A DNA stretch of 63,994 bases, the filler included, from Reclinomonas americana ATCC 50394 (taxonomy: Eukaryota): NCBI GenBank assembly GCA_048213135.1. It is 5 parts of 3 records of this genome, joined end to end, with 100 filler letters (N's around TTAATTAATTAA, not from the genome) between each part and the next. Parts side by side here need not be neighbours in the genome. Positions count along the whole stretch, not along the records: positions 14,679 to 31,642 come from PS015191.1; positions 31,743 to 60,854 come from PS015191.1; 3 more parts are not named here. One strand, written 5' to 3'. The notes below the pieces were generated by a model. It was given only the letters and a program-made list of their open reading frames with translations, did not search any database and was not told the DNA's origin. The position numbers and the translations under genes are program-made. This document shows, piece after piece, positions 24,856-36,879 of the stretch (positions are counted from its first letter, which is position 1; each line of letters opens with the position of its first letter).

Positions 24856-27063
24856 TTATGAAGGCTTGCGAGGAGTCGCTGTTGCTGTTGCTGATGTACA
24901 TTGACGGTACAGTGCGGCTGCACGGCTGTTGGGCTCGGCCAGACCTTTGATCTCCATTTCACGCCACAGAATGGCCGCACGACTGCGTTGTTCCTTTCCT
25001 TCAGCATTCATCTCTTCGGCAAGCAAGGGAGATGCAGTAGCACGAACCTGGCATCCGGGGGCGACTGCTGTGTGCACGCATGCAGCAGGCCGACATAATG
25101 CGCCGTGGAAATCGGCAGACCGTCGCGCTTCAGCATCGAAAACACCTGCGGCAAGCGGCACAGGTCAAACTCTCCGGCACTGCGATGCGAGATCCGCAGC
25201 GCAGCGACGCACCTGGTGAGCGTCATCAACGCGCTGCGCACTGCACAGATGCTGCAGGGCGGTCTCGTACACGCTAATGTGGATCGTACCGGTGCAGTAT
25301 TTGCCTCGTGTCGCCCGGTATCTCTGCAAAAATGGTACGAGTGCGCCGGCATCGACCCGTGCCATGGCCACCACGGCACGCATCAGCACAAACGTGTTGA
25401 CGCGCACGTGCAGCCTCTTCATGTCGACAAAGAGCAGGCGTTCGATCCGCTGTGCGACGGTCTCTCCCTGGTTGGTGAGAATGGCGGCGGGCACGACAGA
25501 GGCTGCGCCGAGAGCCTGCACGAGTGCGGCGGGTGTGTTGGGCGACGGAGCCGACTGCGACTGTGCGGACGGAGAGGCCACACTGGCGTCCCATATGCGA
25601 AACGCCTCACACAACAGCTCGCGCTCTTGATCTGCGGCGGAGACTCGTTTCAGTGTCGCTGGCGATTGCACGGTTGCCGCAGAGGGTGCACTCACCGGCA
25701 GCCTGTGCCGCCCGCGCCCGCGCGGCATTGTCGACCAACATGACCAGCAGCTCATGCAGCGTCTGCTCGTCGGGTCGCAGGTGCTGATGCGTCAGCATGA
25801 CTCGGTAGGCCCGTCGCGCGTCGTCTACCAAGCCGTTCTTCCCGAGGCCCCAGATCATAGCATCAAAAACGGGGCTCGTGGTGCGCACTCCACGCTGGCG
25901 CATGTTCTCGAGCAGCAGCCACGCTCGTTGCGGCTCCCCATGTGTGCACACGCACCGTATGGCGTAGGAATAGGCTCGGGGTGAGAGCGGCCTGGACGAC
26001 TCGTAGCAGAGTTGCTCCACCGCCGCCCAGTCGCCGATTTTCCCGTACGCCACCTGCACCGTCTCCACCAGCGCCACGCTGCTCTCTGTGGGTTCACGCG
26101 CACATCGTCACGCTCTCCCCCTTTCTCTCTCCCTTACACACGAGTCGACAACTGCAACATGCCTGTTCGCTTCTCCGCCGGCATCTCCAACCACCTCTCC
26201 ACGACCCGCTGCGGCTGACCGTGCTTGGCCAGCACCTTGAGCAGAATCGTCAATTCGTACTCACCGACGCCAATCGCCGCTGCCGCATCGCTGTACACGC
26301 GCTCCGCCACCGCCACCACTTGTTCCATGCTCAGTGGCGCCTCCGCTTGGTAGCACTCCACGGCCACGGCCACCGACTGATTGAATGGTGCTCCGTCGGC
26401 CGCGGCCGTCGATGCCCACGCCTCCGGCGTGTTCTTGCGCACCTGCTGCGCCCACACAGCGCTATCAAACGACAGACAGGCGTTCAACACAGCGGCGTAC
26501 ACGCGCCGCGAGAGCGGTGACTGCGCCTCGCGATCGCGCATCGTCTCGTACAGCGACACAACCTGCAGCGGGAAGTCAGGCGACAAAAGCAAGGCATGCA
26601 GCGTCGTCCTTTGTTCCCAACCTGATGCAATCGCTCATGCCGCCCCAACCACAGCAAAAGCAGCGCCACGCGCTCCTGTGGCAACTTGCGTGTCGGCACC
26701 TCACTCACAGGCCGATGCAGTAGCGTCGTGAGCTGCAGGATCGCTGCGCCAAGCAGAACACGCAATGAGCATAACACACAAGTGCATCGTCCTCTTCCCC
26801 TCGCACCTGGCACGACCTGTCTCGCCACCACATTCTCCGCAAACACGCGGATCAACTCGCCACCAGGGCGACGATCGTTGACAGCCGCCGCCGTCTGTGC
26901 ATCGACACGCAAGCCGACCAAGTATCGCGTTTGCTCTGCGCACTTGTAAGAGAGCAAGATGAAGAAGAGGAGGAGGGAGAAAGAAGGACGCACTGCTCTG
27001 CAATCGCTGCAGGGTCTCTCGCGTGGCCGAGCGGAAGCCGATCGCCGCCTTTCGCAGCAACAT
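24856..27063 (-). CDS. Pentatricopeptide-repeat (PPR) protein, probably mitochondrial
   Basis: 35-aa PPR motifs: AYSYAIRCVCTHGEPQRAWLLLENMRQRGVRT, VFDAMIWGLGKNGLVDDARRAYRVM, VYETALQHLCSAQRVDDAHQVFSMLKRDGLP. Basic N-terminus MLLRKAAIGFRSATR. Confidence 0.9.
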
Positions 27064-27173
27064 CGAGCAAGAAGCGATCACAGAGACTGACAATCACTCG
27101 CGCGCGCGATCGCCCTCTCTTTGTTTCGCTTATCTCTGTGTGTGTGTGTGTGCGCGCATCCCACAAGCAAAGC

Positions 27174-27931
27174 ATGTCACTTCTGCATCGACTGGCCTGC
27201 CGGCTGAACCTGGCAAGTGGAGCGGCCCCGGTGACAAGATGGGCATTGTGTGGTGCCAGATCACCAGCACTGATGACGATGAGCAGCTTGGCGGCGCCGA
27301 CACCGGGCGAGGATCTGCTCACCAAGTCGAGCACGGGTCTCACGTTGCGTGTGGAATGCACACAGTGAAGGAGAGGGAGGGGGAGAGATGATTGAGATGC
27401 ATGCATGTGTGCACGTGTGTGTGCGTTGAATGCACGCTCGCTCGTGTGTGTGCATGCGATGAGTGCCTTGTGTGTGCTGACTGTGCTTGCGTGTGCGTGT
27501 GTGCTTGTGTGTGTGTGTCGTGCGCGCGACATTTCCACTGCACAGTGGTCTGCCAGCGCTGAGCTTTGAGGAGGCGCGCTCGCAGCTGGAGGGCGCATAC
27601 AAGCGCATTTTGAGCGAGGTGGCGGCCAAGGTGCCGGCAGAGGCCGACTACCGAAAGAACGTCGAGGCAGTCACCAATGTGAGTGATCACTCGTGCGCTT
27701 CCTCTCTCTGCGTTGCTCAACGTGTGTGCGTGTGTGTGTGTGTGTGTGCAGTTCCGGTTGAATGTGCTGCGCTCGAGCTCTGACCCGGCGGTGATTGAGG
27801 GCAAGATTGATTGCGGACAGCTGGAGGAGTTGCTGGTGCAGGCAAAGGAGGAGCTGGCGCTCATCGATGTGGTGGCCAGCGACAGAGCGTGGGAGGGCTC
27901 CAGCGGTGTCACTGTGGAGCACAAGGAGTGA
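27174..27931 (+). CDS. NDUFA5: NADH:ubiquinone oxidoreductase accessory subunit B13/NDUFA5, 3 exons
   Basis: KSSTGLT/GL, YRKNVEAVTN/FRL and GQLEELLVQAKEEL...WE, preceded by a presequence-like N-terminus. Confidence 0.9.
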
Positions 27932-28060
27932 GGAGGGCTCACTGCGGAAGGGACGGAGTGGCGTGCCTGCTGCGTTCCCTGATCATCCCGGTTGTCGTGC
28001 AATGCAACCGAGCATAATGCTGTTGATTGAGTTGTTGTTGCTGCTCTTCACTGCCACGGG

Positions 28061-29174
28061 CTACCCCAGAAAGTACGACACGATCTTACTGACCAGCGAG
28101 CCTGGTGGTTCTGCTGTTGACGCTGCCGCCGCTGCTGCTGCTGCCTGTGCGGCTGCTGCGGGCCCTCCACGCGGTGGTGACATGCGGTTTGCCGCTCCAG
28201 CGCCACCAGCTCTGGCCGCTGGCGAGGCGTACGACAGCGATCCACCACCACCACCACCACCAAAACGCGAGTAGCTGGATCCCGGACGCGGTGAGTAGGC
28301 GGCCGACACTGCACTGGCCGGCATCTCCACCGGTCGCTTCGACAGTGCCGACCAGTCGCGACCGGGGCGAATCGGCGACGTGTCGGTGTTGGGCAGCCGC
28401 AGGACACCCTGCAACAGCGTTGAGGAGGAAGGCATGAGAACAAGGTAGGAAACGGGGTGAGAACGGAGGGCGCGTACCGGGTCCGTGCACGGCAAGACGC
28501 CAATCATAATGTCGCCACCCAAAATCTGGCCATTGCGACTCAGCGCATTCTCCACCTCCCGCTTGCTTCGATATCTGCACTTGAAATGAGGCATGCGCCA
28601 CGCTGGTTTAACATTGGAGGGAGTGCTCACCTGAGATACACCCAGTTGCCACCGTCTTCGCCCTCCACACGATCAACGATTGCGCCACACGACTCAAACT
28701 TGCTCATTACCAGCGGCAACTGCGGTGCGTCGAAACCAAAGACCGTCACCCAAAAGTCGAGCTCGTCCGACTCCATGTCCGACAGTGGGCTACACGAGGA
28801 GGCAATAGTCACCACCACAAGCCTCGCTTGGCGAAGGACGCAATGCAGTAACAACACACCGATCATGCATGGAGAATTCGGATGGTGCGTGCGCAAAGCG
28901 GCGAGAGTTCGAGTTCCGCAGGGGCGACGCACCGACCAGCAGCGAGCGCATACCAGGCGTGCTCGGTGGCGCCGCAGCGGAGGTGGCGGTGGTGGTAGTC
29001 GTCGTCGACGTTGCAGTGGCCGCCGTCGACGAGTGACCGTATCGCGAACCGGCACCACCGGGCGTGGCAAACAGGCGACCAGCCGGCGAAAACGGAGCCG
29101 ATGACGATGACTCGCCGAACCCAGCCCACGGATCGCTGGCACCCGCACCAGCGGCAGCAGTCGAACGACCCCCC

Positions 29175-29207
<33 letters not shown>

Positions 29208-30191
29208 GAGAAGCGCAGTGACGATCCAGCAGCTGCTGTGGCGGGACGCGACTTGCTCGGAGCCGACGTGGGTGTTGCCCACGGCGCTGTCGGCATGCTC
29301 GATCCCAGCGTCGATCGCGGTGGTGTCACCGCATGCCTGACATTACCATTTTTCAGGCTTCCCGCTGTTCCAAAGACGCACACACACGCTACGAGCACAT
29401 ACCTGGCAAACGGATCCGCAGAAGACGCCATGGGTGTGGCAAACGGATTCGACCCCACCGTCGCCGCCGACATGGACGAGCGCAGTGCCATACGCTGATC
29501 CAATACATACACAGTGAGTCACACGCGTGCATGTGATCACAGCCAACCGGCCAACAAACCCTATCAGGCGACCGGAAAGCTGCCGCCGCAGCCGGCGCAC
29601 GATCGTTCATGGACGGCAGCGTGGAAAAGTCACGCGTGCGACTGTGCACAAGAAGAAAACCAATCATCAGGTCGACACTACATAAGAATGAGAGAAGGAC
29701 GTGTGTGTGAGAGAGAGAGAAAACGCAACACTCGTGGTCGCTCTTGCGGGGCGGCCAACAACTGCGGCGCGCCAAAGCCCGCATCACGACTGCCATCCAC
29801 AGCCGTCGATCTGTGCGTGCGAAAGATTGCGCGCGAAATGCATCGCAAACAAAGTGTAAGAAGAGCGCGAGATAAGACAACTCTCACACAACACAAGGAG
29901 AGTGCAGCCACGCAACACCAACAACGACGTCTTTCGTCGCCCGGGCGACACACCACCGGCGTTGGCAAGGCCGCGCATGTCGTCCATGCCTCCTCCTCCT
30001 CCTTGCCCATTCGCCTGTTGTTGCTGATGTTGCTGCTGCGAAGGGTGCATGGGCGCCGACATTTGCGCCACGAGCGACTGCTGCGCATCAGACGCGGCAC
30101 CACCACCACTTCCACCACCACCGCCAGGCAGCGACACAAAACCACCACCAGAGGTCGAACCGTACAGGCGACTGCCTCCTCTTCCAAACAT
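28061..30191 (-). CDS. NUP35: Nucleoporin Nup35/Nup53
   Basis: MPPN-type RRM: WVTVFGF...GNWVYLR/YRSKREVENALSRNGQILGGDIMIGV. C-terminal amphipathic helix SLVSKIVSYFLG*. Disordered upstream exons splice in frame from the ATG at 30191. Confidence 0.88.
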
Positions 30192-31248
30192 CGCTAACAA
30201 TGAACGTGCGCAAGAGTGTGTCACACGATCAGCAGCTGCAGCAGCCAAGAACGGCGCTGCTTCCGAGCAAATGAGGTGAAATGACTGTGCAGGACAAGTC
30301 AGCAGAGCGAGCTTCGTTCTGCATCAGCGCCTCAGCCGTTTCCGTTGTGCGTCTCTCCACCCTGCCCTTCAGCATTCACCTGCAAGCGCAAAAAAAAACA
30401 CTGCAGTCGACGTCGCACACGAGTTATTCTTGCAATTGTTTGTGACNNNNNNNNNNNNNNNNNNNNNNNNNNNNNNNNNNNNNNNNNNNNNNNNNNNNNN
30501 NNNNNNNNNNNNNNNNNNNNNNNNNNNNNNNNNNNNNNNNNNNNNNNNNNNNNNNNNNNNNNNNNNNNNNNNNNNNNNNNNNNNNNNNNNNNNNNNNNNN
30601 NNNNNNNNNNNNNNNNNNNNNNNNNNNNNNNNNNNNNNNNNNNNNNNNNNNNNNNNNNNNNNNNNNNNNNNNNNNNNNNNNNNNNNNNNNNNNNNNNNNN
30701 NNNNNNNNNNNNNNNNNNNNNNNNNNNNNNNNNNNNNNNNNNNNNNNNNNNNNNNNNNNNNNNNNNNNNNNNNNNNNNNNNNNNNNNNNNNNNNNNNNNN
30801 NNNNNNNNNNNNNNNNNNNNNNNNNNNNNNNNNNNNNNNNNNNNNNNNNNNNNNNNNNNNNNNNNNNNNNNNNNNNNNNNNNNNNNNNNNNNNNNNNNNN
30901 NNNNNNNNNNNNNNNNNNNNNNNNNNNNNNNNNNNNNNNNNNNNNNNNNNNNNNNNNNNNNNNNNNNNNNNNNNNNNNNNNNNNNNNNNNNNNNNNNNNN
31001 NNNNNNNNNNNNNNNNNNNNNNNNNNNNNNNNNNNNNNNNNNNNNNNNNNNNNNNNNNNNNNNNNNNNNNNNNNNNNNNNNNNNNNNNNNNNNNNNNNNN
31101 NNNNNNNNNNNNNNNNNNNNNNNNNNNNNNNNNNNNNNNNNNNNNNNNNNNNNNNNNNNNNNNNNNNNNNNNNNNNNNNNNNNNNNNNNNNNNNNNNNNN
31201 NNNNNNNNNNNNNNNNNNNNNNNNNNNNNNNNNNNNNNNNNNNNNNNN

Positions 31249-31640
31249 AACATCTCCCCGAGCGTATGCATCGCCCAGAACCGCAACGCAGCGGCCGCAA
31301 GCATCACCAGCACCAGCAACGTCTGCACCGCCTCAAACAACGTCGCCGAAACTCCAAGCACCGTGCGCCACACCAGCGGCACCAGCACAAAGGCGCACGA
31401 GGCCACGACGTTGCGCACCGTGGATCCGCGGTCGACGTTTGGCTGCGCGGGAACCACCGCCAGCGTGGTCTTTTGCGGACCGCGGCGCAGCACAAACTCG
31501 GCCACCGCAAAGTACAGCACGTTGATCACGGCCGCAGCCACGGCACTCGGCGGTCCACTCACCGCGGTAGACACAATGGCCAGCAGGCCGCAGATCCAGG
31601 TGACGACGACCACCCCCACCAGCACCTTTCGTTGCTCCAT
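31249..31640 (-). CDS. ICMT/Ste14 (PEMT-like) membrane methyltransferase, N-terminal half
   Basis: TM helices, DRGST and LRFWAMHTLGEM. It joins exactly to 32761 as LGEMF-SRTL. Confidence 0.85.
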
Positions 31641-31686
31641 GTNNNNNNNNNNNNNNNNNNNNNNNNNNNNNNNNNNNNNNNNNNNN

Positions 31687-31698
31687 TTAATTAATTAA
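31687..31698. other. Artificial scaffold linker
   Basis: TTAATTAATTAA in an N block. Confidence 0.95.
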
Positions 31699-31742
31699 NN
31701 NNNNNNNNNNNNNNNNNNNNNNNNNNNNNNNNNNNNNNNNNN

Positions 31743-32316
31743 GACGGCGTGGCCGGTCGTGCGCACTGGCACGCCGTCGCCACCGCGACTCACGGCGTCG
31801 TCGTTCTCCTCCTCCTCGTACCGCTCGACGTCGCCGACCTCGCTCCTCGAGCATCCCAAGCCATTCTCTGGCGATGACGACGACGACGGCATTGCCGTGG
31901 ACAAGAAGACGTATCACCGACCAGAGGCAAACAGGAGTCTGGAGCACTACTCGCCGCTGAAACCAGCCGTCGAAGTGCGCGCGTACTCGCCGCCGAGACT
32001 ATCCGTGTCACCGCCACCACGCGCCGACTACAGCAAGTACCTCCTGTCATCGTCCTCCACAACAGCTACCGCCGCCGCAGCAGCAGCAGCTGGCAGCAGG
32101 GTATCTCCCAGTGCGAGTGCCTCGGTGTACCAGCCGATGAATGGCCATGCGGGATCCGACGACGGCGACTACGACACTGTTGCGTGTGCGCGCGTCGTTT
32201 TTGCATGTGCGCCGATTGTCACTCATTGTTCACTGTTGCAGGTGCCGCCAACGAGACCTTTGCGGTACGACTCCACCCCCTCAAGAGGCACCAGCGCGGC
32301 GCTTGCCTACACTTAA
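31743..32316 (+). CDS. C-terminal exons of the Ser/Pro-rich protein that starts at 34643 (inverted contig)
   Basis: Joins in frame to 33238 (VVQL-TAWPVVRTGTPSPPR) and ends AALAYT*. Confidence 0.7.
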
Positions 32317-32454
32317 ACCCCCCCTAATTGCTCCTTTCTGGCGGACCTTCTCCACCCTTTTTTTCTCTTTGATTCTCTGCTCTTCTGTCGTTGTTGGTGT
32401 TGTGAAAAGAAGAAGGCACGAGTGTACAAGCGTTTCATTCATTCATACATTCAT

Positions 32455-32761
32455 TCACCACACACCCGGCAGCAGGCGGTACTTGGTGCGGTGCGTATAC
32501 GCCTCCCACGCCACACCCGTGGTCTCTCGATCGCTGGCCAGCATCTGCTCCTCGGCCTCGATGCGGTACCGCCACACCACCGCAAACACAGCCACCACCG
32601 CCCCCGTGAGCAACACACTGTGCGTCAGCAGCAGCGCGTACGGCGCCCACAGGAGAATGTTGGCCAGGTAGCCCGGGTGGCGCACCCAGGCGTACGGTCC
32701 ATGCGTGATGATGCGATGGCGATTGTGCGGCCCGTCGCTCTGGATGACCAGCGTGCGCGAG
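32455..32761 (-). CDS. ICMT/Ste14-family methyltransferase, C-terminal half
   Basis: HRIITHGPYAWVRHPGY, RIEAEEQML and WEAYTHRTKYRLLPGVW* are ICMT-family hallmarks. Confidence 0.9.
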
Positions 32762-33008
32762 NNNNNNNNNNNNNNNNNNNNNNNNNNNNNNNNNNNNNNN
32801 NNNNNNNNNNNNNNNNNNNNNNNNNNNNNNNNNNNNNNNNNNNNNNNNNNNNNNNNNNNNNNNNNNNNNNNNNNNNNNNNNNNNNNNNNNNNNNNNNNNN
32901 NNNNNNNNNNNNNNNNNNNNNNNNNNNNNNNNNNNNNNNNNNNNNNNNNNNNNNNNNNNNNNNNNNNNNNNNNNNNNNNNNNNNNNNNNNNNNNNNNNNN
33001 NNNNNNNN

Positions 33009-33238
33009 CAGGCCGCCATACGCCGACAGATTGATCTGCTGGCCTCTCCACTGCCGGTGGCGACGGCGGCGGCGGCGGCGCCCAGCTCGGGCAGCCGCAG
33101 CAGCAGTCCGCTCCGTGCTGCGCCTCCAGCTTCAGCGCCGGCGCACTCCACGGCCGTGATTTCGGCCCCGGTCAACAAGTCCGCCTCGCCACCACGAGCG
33201 GGAGCGTCGGCGTCGCCACCGCGACAGGTGGTGCAACT
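33009..33238 (+). CDS. Internal segment of the Ser/Pro-rich protein (inverted contig)
   Basis: Reads QAAIRRQIDLLASP..., in frame with REEEFRARRDEFRAR ending at 33611 on the minus strand. Confidence 0.7.
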
Positions 33239-33610
33239 NNNNNNNNNNNNNNNNNNNNNNNNNNNNNNNNNNNNNNNNNNNNNNNNNNNNNNNNNNNNNN
33301 NNNNNNNNNNNNNNNNNNNNNNNNNNNNNNNNNNNNNNNNNNNNNNNNNNNNNNNNNNNNNNNNNNNNNNNNNNNNNNNNNNNNNNNNNNNNNNNNNNNN
33401 NNNNNNNNNNNNNNNNNNNNNNNNNNNNNNNNNNNNNNNNNNNNNNNNNNNNNNNNNNNNNNNNNNNNNNNNNNNNNNNNNNNNNNNNNNNNNNNNNNNN
33501 NNNNNNNNNNNNNNNNNNNNNNNNNNNNNNNNNNNNNNNNNNNNNNNNNNNNNNNNNNNNNNNNNNNNNNNNNNNNNNNNNNNNNNNNNNNNNNNNNNNN
33601 NNNNNNNNNN

Positions 33611-34643
33611 TCGTGCACGGAACTCGTCCCGTCTCGCGCGGAACTCTTCCTCTCGCTGTGTCGCAACAAAAAATCACCGTGAATAACAACCATCGCCACC
33701 ACCACCTCCACCGCCACCAGCACAGCACGCAACCTTTTGACGAGCCTCGGGTGTGTCCAGAGAGATCGTCGCTGGCGCCGGGCTGGGCGGCGCCGGAGTC
33801 GGCACCGGCATGTGCGAGTTGCCGACACCCAGAGAAAACGTGGCCCCATGCGCCCTCATGGTGACCTCGTGCTCCGGCGTCGGCACCGGCACGTAGTGAC
33901 GCGCCGACGGCATCGGGACAACCGGCGACGCATACGTCGACGCCGCCGACGACGCCGCGGCCGTGGTCGAAAAGAGCGCCGACGGAGGCGGCAGTGTGAG
34001 CGAACCCGGAGCGTGCGCCAACTCACGGTTCGGCAATAGATCCAGCGGGTTCATCGACGGCATATACGGCGATCGCGATGGCGAGAAGCGCGACGGTCGT
34101 GACGAACCGTGCTTGGGCTGCACGATATGGTTGGAACGAGCACGCAACGCAACAACAGTCTTCATCCCTGTCACTCACCGACAGCGGAGTGCCCCACTCC
34201 TTTGGCGACCCGGTGTTCCACGCCGTGGCGGCACCTGCAGCCGCCGCCGCGCCTCCACTCTGCGAACCAACAGCACTGCTATAGAAGGAGCCGGTGGCGG
34301 GCGCAGCAGAGGGCGTCGACATGAATCGCGATGACTGCTGCGCCGGTGGAGGGGGCGACATAAAGAGCGACGAGCCAGCGGCCGACGACGCGCCCATTGC
34401 CGCCGCCATGGGCGCTGGCGAGAAGGCCGACTGTGGCGCTGTTGGCATCATGTGCCGATGAAACTGCGATGTGGAAAAGGTGGCGGGTGGTGGGGGCGAC
34501 GGAGAGCGCACAGTGAGCGCGCGCATGCGCGCAGTCGAGTTGATCGGTGATGCATACAGCGCATGCTGTTGGTCGTTGACAAAGCGGCGCTGGTTGTCGA
34601 CCAGCGCGGAGATTTGCGAGAGGAGATCGCGAGTGCGTTCCAT
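33611..34643 (-). CDS. Hypothetical Ser/Pro-rich disordered protein, N-terminal part
   Basis: Starts MERTRDLLSQISALVDNQRRF, followed by spliced low-complexity exons. It continues on two flipped contigs. Confidence 0.65.
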
Positions 34644-35047
34644 CTAATGCACACGAGGGAACGAGAAAGAGAGAGAGGCGGTGAGTTTGGAGAAAAAAGT
34701 GTGCGAGTGTGTTATGCGCGCGTGTGTGTATGTGGCAATGGTGGTGTGTGTCAAGGTGGTGTGTGCGAGGAGAGAGCGTGCGCAGAGTGTGAGGTGGACT
34801 CTGGGCCCTGAATTTCTTGCAACGGTCCGCTTCAGACACGCATAACAAAACGTGCATACAAACAACAATGCACCTCAGAAGAAGCGCGTGCGTGTAAGTG
34901 AGTTTCGCAAGAGTGCGTGTGCGTCTTCCACAAGTGCGAGTGTGTGAGAGAGAGAGCAGACAGGCAGAGAGGGAGGCAGTGATTGCTCACCGTAAGTCCA
35001 CCAATAATCGCTCGCGCGCAGCAGAGGACAAACGATCGCGCTGTCTC

Positions 35048-35607
35048 ATGTTTCGCGCCGCGGCTGTCTCCCTGTGTCGCACTGTCTGTCGACGCTCCTC
35101 CTCCTCTTCTTCTTCTTCTGCCTCCTCCTCAAGTCGCAGCAGCAGTTGCAATGCACTAGTGGTCTGCGCACGAGCCACACGCAACGCACCACATGCACAA
35201 CCTCAACAACAAGCAACGCAGCAGAGTGCCAGCGCTGGAGGCAGCAGGTGCGCCTGTGTGTGTGCTTGTGTCTCTCTCTTCTTCTCCTCGTGTTCGTGAC
35301 ATGCGGCAACAACAAAAAAACGAAGAGGTGCGATGCCGAGTGGGAATCCAACGACAAGTACCGGACGCAGTGCCGGTGTGCCCACGGTGCCTGGACGCAT
35401 GACGACACGCTGTGGAGGTGGCTCGCGGCCGTATGTGATGCGAGCGGCGATGACAGCGTGGGATGCAGTGCCGCCGAGTTTGCTTCGCGCGCTGCTCATG
35501 CACCCCGTGAGCTCCTCCGATGCCGGTCTCTCTTCTCTTCAGTGTGCGTCGCCTTCGTGGTCTTTGCTGATTGCTCTGCGTGTGCGTGTGCAGATGACGG
35601 TACCTAG
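35048..35607 (+). CDS. Small hypothetical protein with mitochondrial-presequence-like N-terminus
   Basis: MFRAAAVSLCRTVCRRSS...; a three-exon model ends HDGT*. No family recognised. Confidence 0.45.
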
Positions 35608-36063
35608 CGACGGAACGTGAGCAATGCAAGCAGTCGACTTTTCTGCCAACACACACAAGTAAAACATTTGCGCCGTACACGTACGTCCGTTTCAGCGGCT
35701 CACAGAGCGCACAGATCGACAACAACGACGACGAGACCCACAGAGGACACACGAGGGGGGGAAGACAAAAGCACACACAACCTATCGCAAAGGAAGGAAA
35801 ACAACACACACACACACACAANNNNNNNNNNNNNNNNNNNNNNNNNNNNNNNNNNNNNNNNNNNNNNNNNNNNNNNNNNNNNNNNNNNNNNNNNNNNNNN
35901 NNNNNNNNNNNNNNNNNNNNNNNNNNNNNNNNNNNNNNNNNNNNNNNNNNNNNNNNNNNNNNNNNNNNNNNNNNNNNNNNNNNNNNNNNNNNNNNNNNNN
36001 NNNNNNNNNNNNNNNNNNNNNNNNNNNNNNNNNNNNNNNNNNNNNNNNNNNNNNNNNNNNNNN

Positions 36064-36426
36064 GAGGAGGACGCGTGGACTGGTGACGACTGGCAAGCGT
36101 CGTTTGACGACGAGGAGGCTGTGGCGGTGGCACCGCCAGCCGTTGAGCCGGTGGCAGCCGCTGTGGTGGCCGCCGTGGTGACGGCAGCCACTGAGCATCG
36201 GCCGCACCGACCGTTTGCGCTGGCCGACGACGACGACGACGACGATGCCGACAAGGACGACGGCAAGGCCGCGTCAAGTCAAGCCGCGTCCGCGCCACCG
36301 GCGTCCTCACCTCCGAAGATTGCACCGAAGCCGGTCGAAGAGGAGGAGGAGGTGGAGGCCGACTATAATCTGGTCAATTACTGGGCGCTGCCAATGCCGG
36401 TGCCGAACCTTCCCGACCTGCCCTGA
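36064..36426 (+). CDS. C-terminal coding segment of the SAPS gene (inverted contig)
   Basis: Acidic tail with the YNLVNYW motif. It joins in frame at 36880 as TSAKA-EEDAW. Confidence 0.8.
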   Translation, partial: EEDAWTGDDWQASFDDEEAVAVAPPAVEPVAAAVVAAVVTAATEHRPHRPFALADDDDDDDADKDDGKAASSQAASAPPASSPPKIAPKPVEEEEEVEADYNLVNYWALPMPVPNLPDLP

Positions 36427-36879
36427 TCGACTCGCCCGTCGTCAGTAATCACTCTCTTTGTGTCTCTTTTCTTTTTTGGTGTGTGTGGGACGCCAGTGCT
36501 TGCGGTGTCCTCTGTGGTCTGATATTGTTCAGTGTGATTGTCGCCGACCCCGCTTGCCTCCCCTCGCTTTCTTTCGGCCTCTCCCTCCCACTTTTTCTCC
36601 CCTGGTTCCCCCCACTATACTTGTATTGTCTGCTCCGTATCGCTTATTATGTGTGTGTGTGTGTGTTTGTTGCTGCACGAAAAATGGACTTCACTGGCCG
36701 ACCCCGCATGTCGTTGTTCCAGTGACTCCACCCCTTCCGTCTCTGTCACTCTCTCTCTCTCCTCCTGTCTTCTGGTATCCCTTGCATGGTTGTTTTTTTC
36801 TCCGCCCGCGTTTGTCTCGCGGCTGCATGTTAGCGGCGTTGTGGTGTTGGCAGGGTCTCNNNNNNNNNNNNNNNNNNNN

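Noticed and set aside
31249-33238. Ciliate-like scrambled genes or trans-splicing
   Set aside because: Every break coincides with an N gap, the joins are base-exact without pointer repeats, and in-place flipping of contigs explains all cases.
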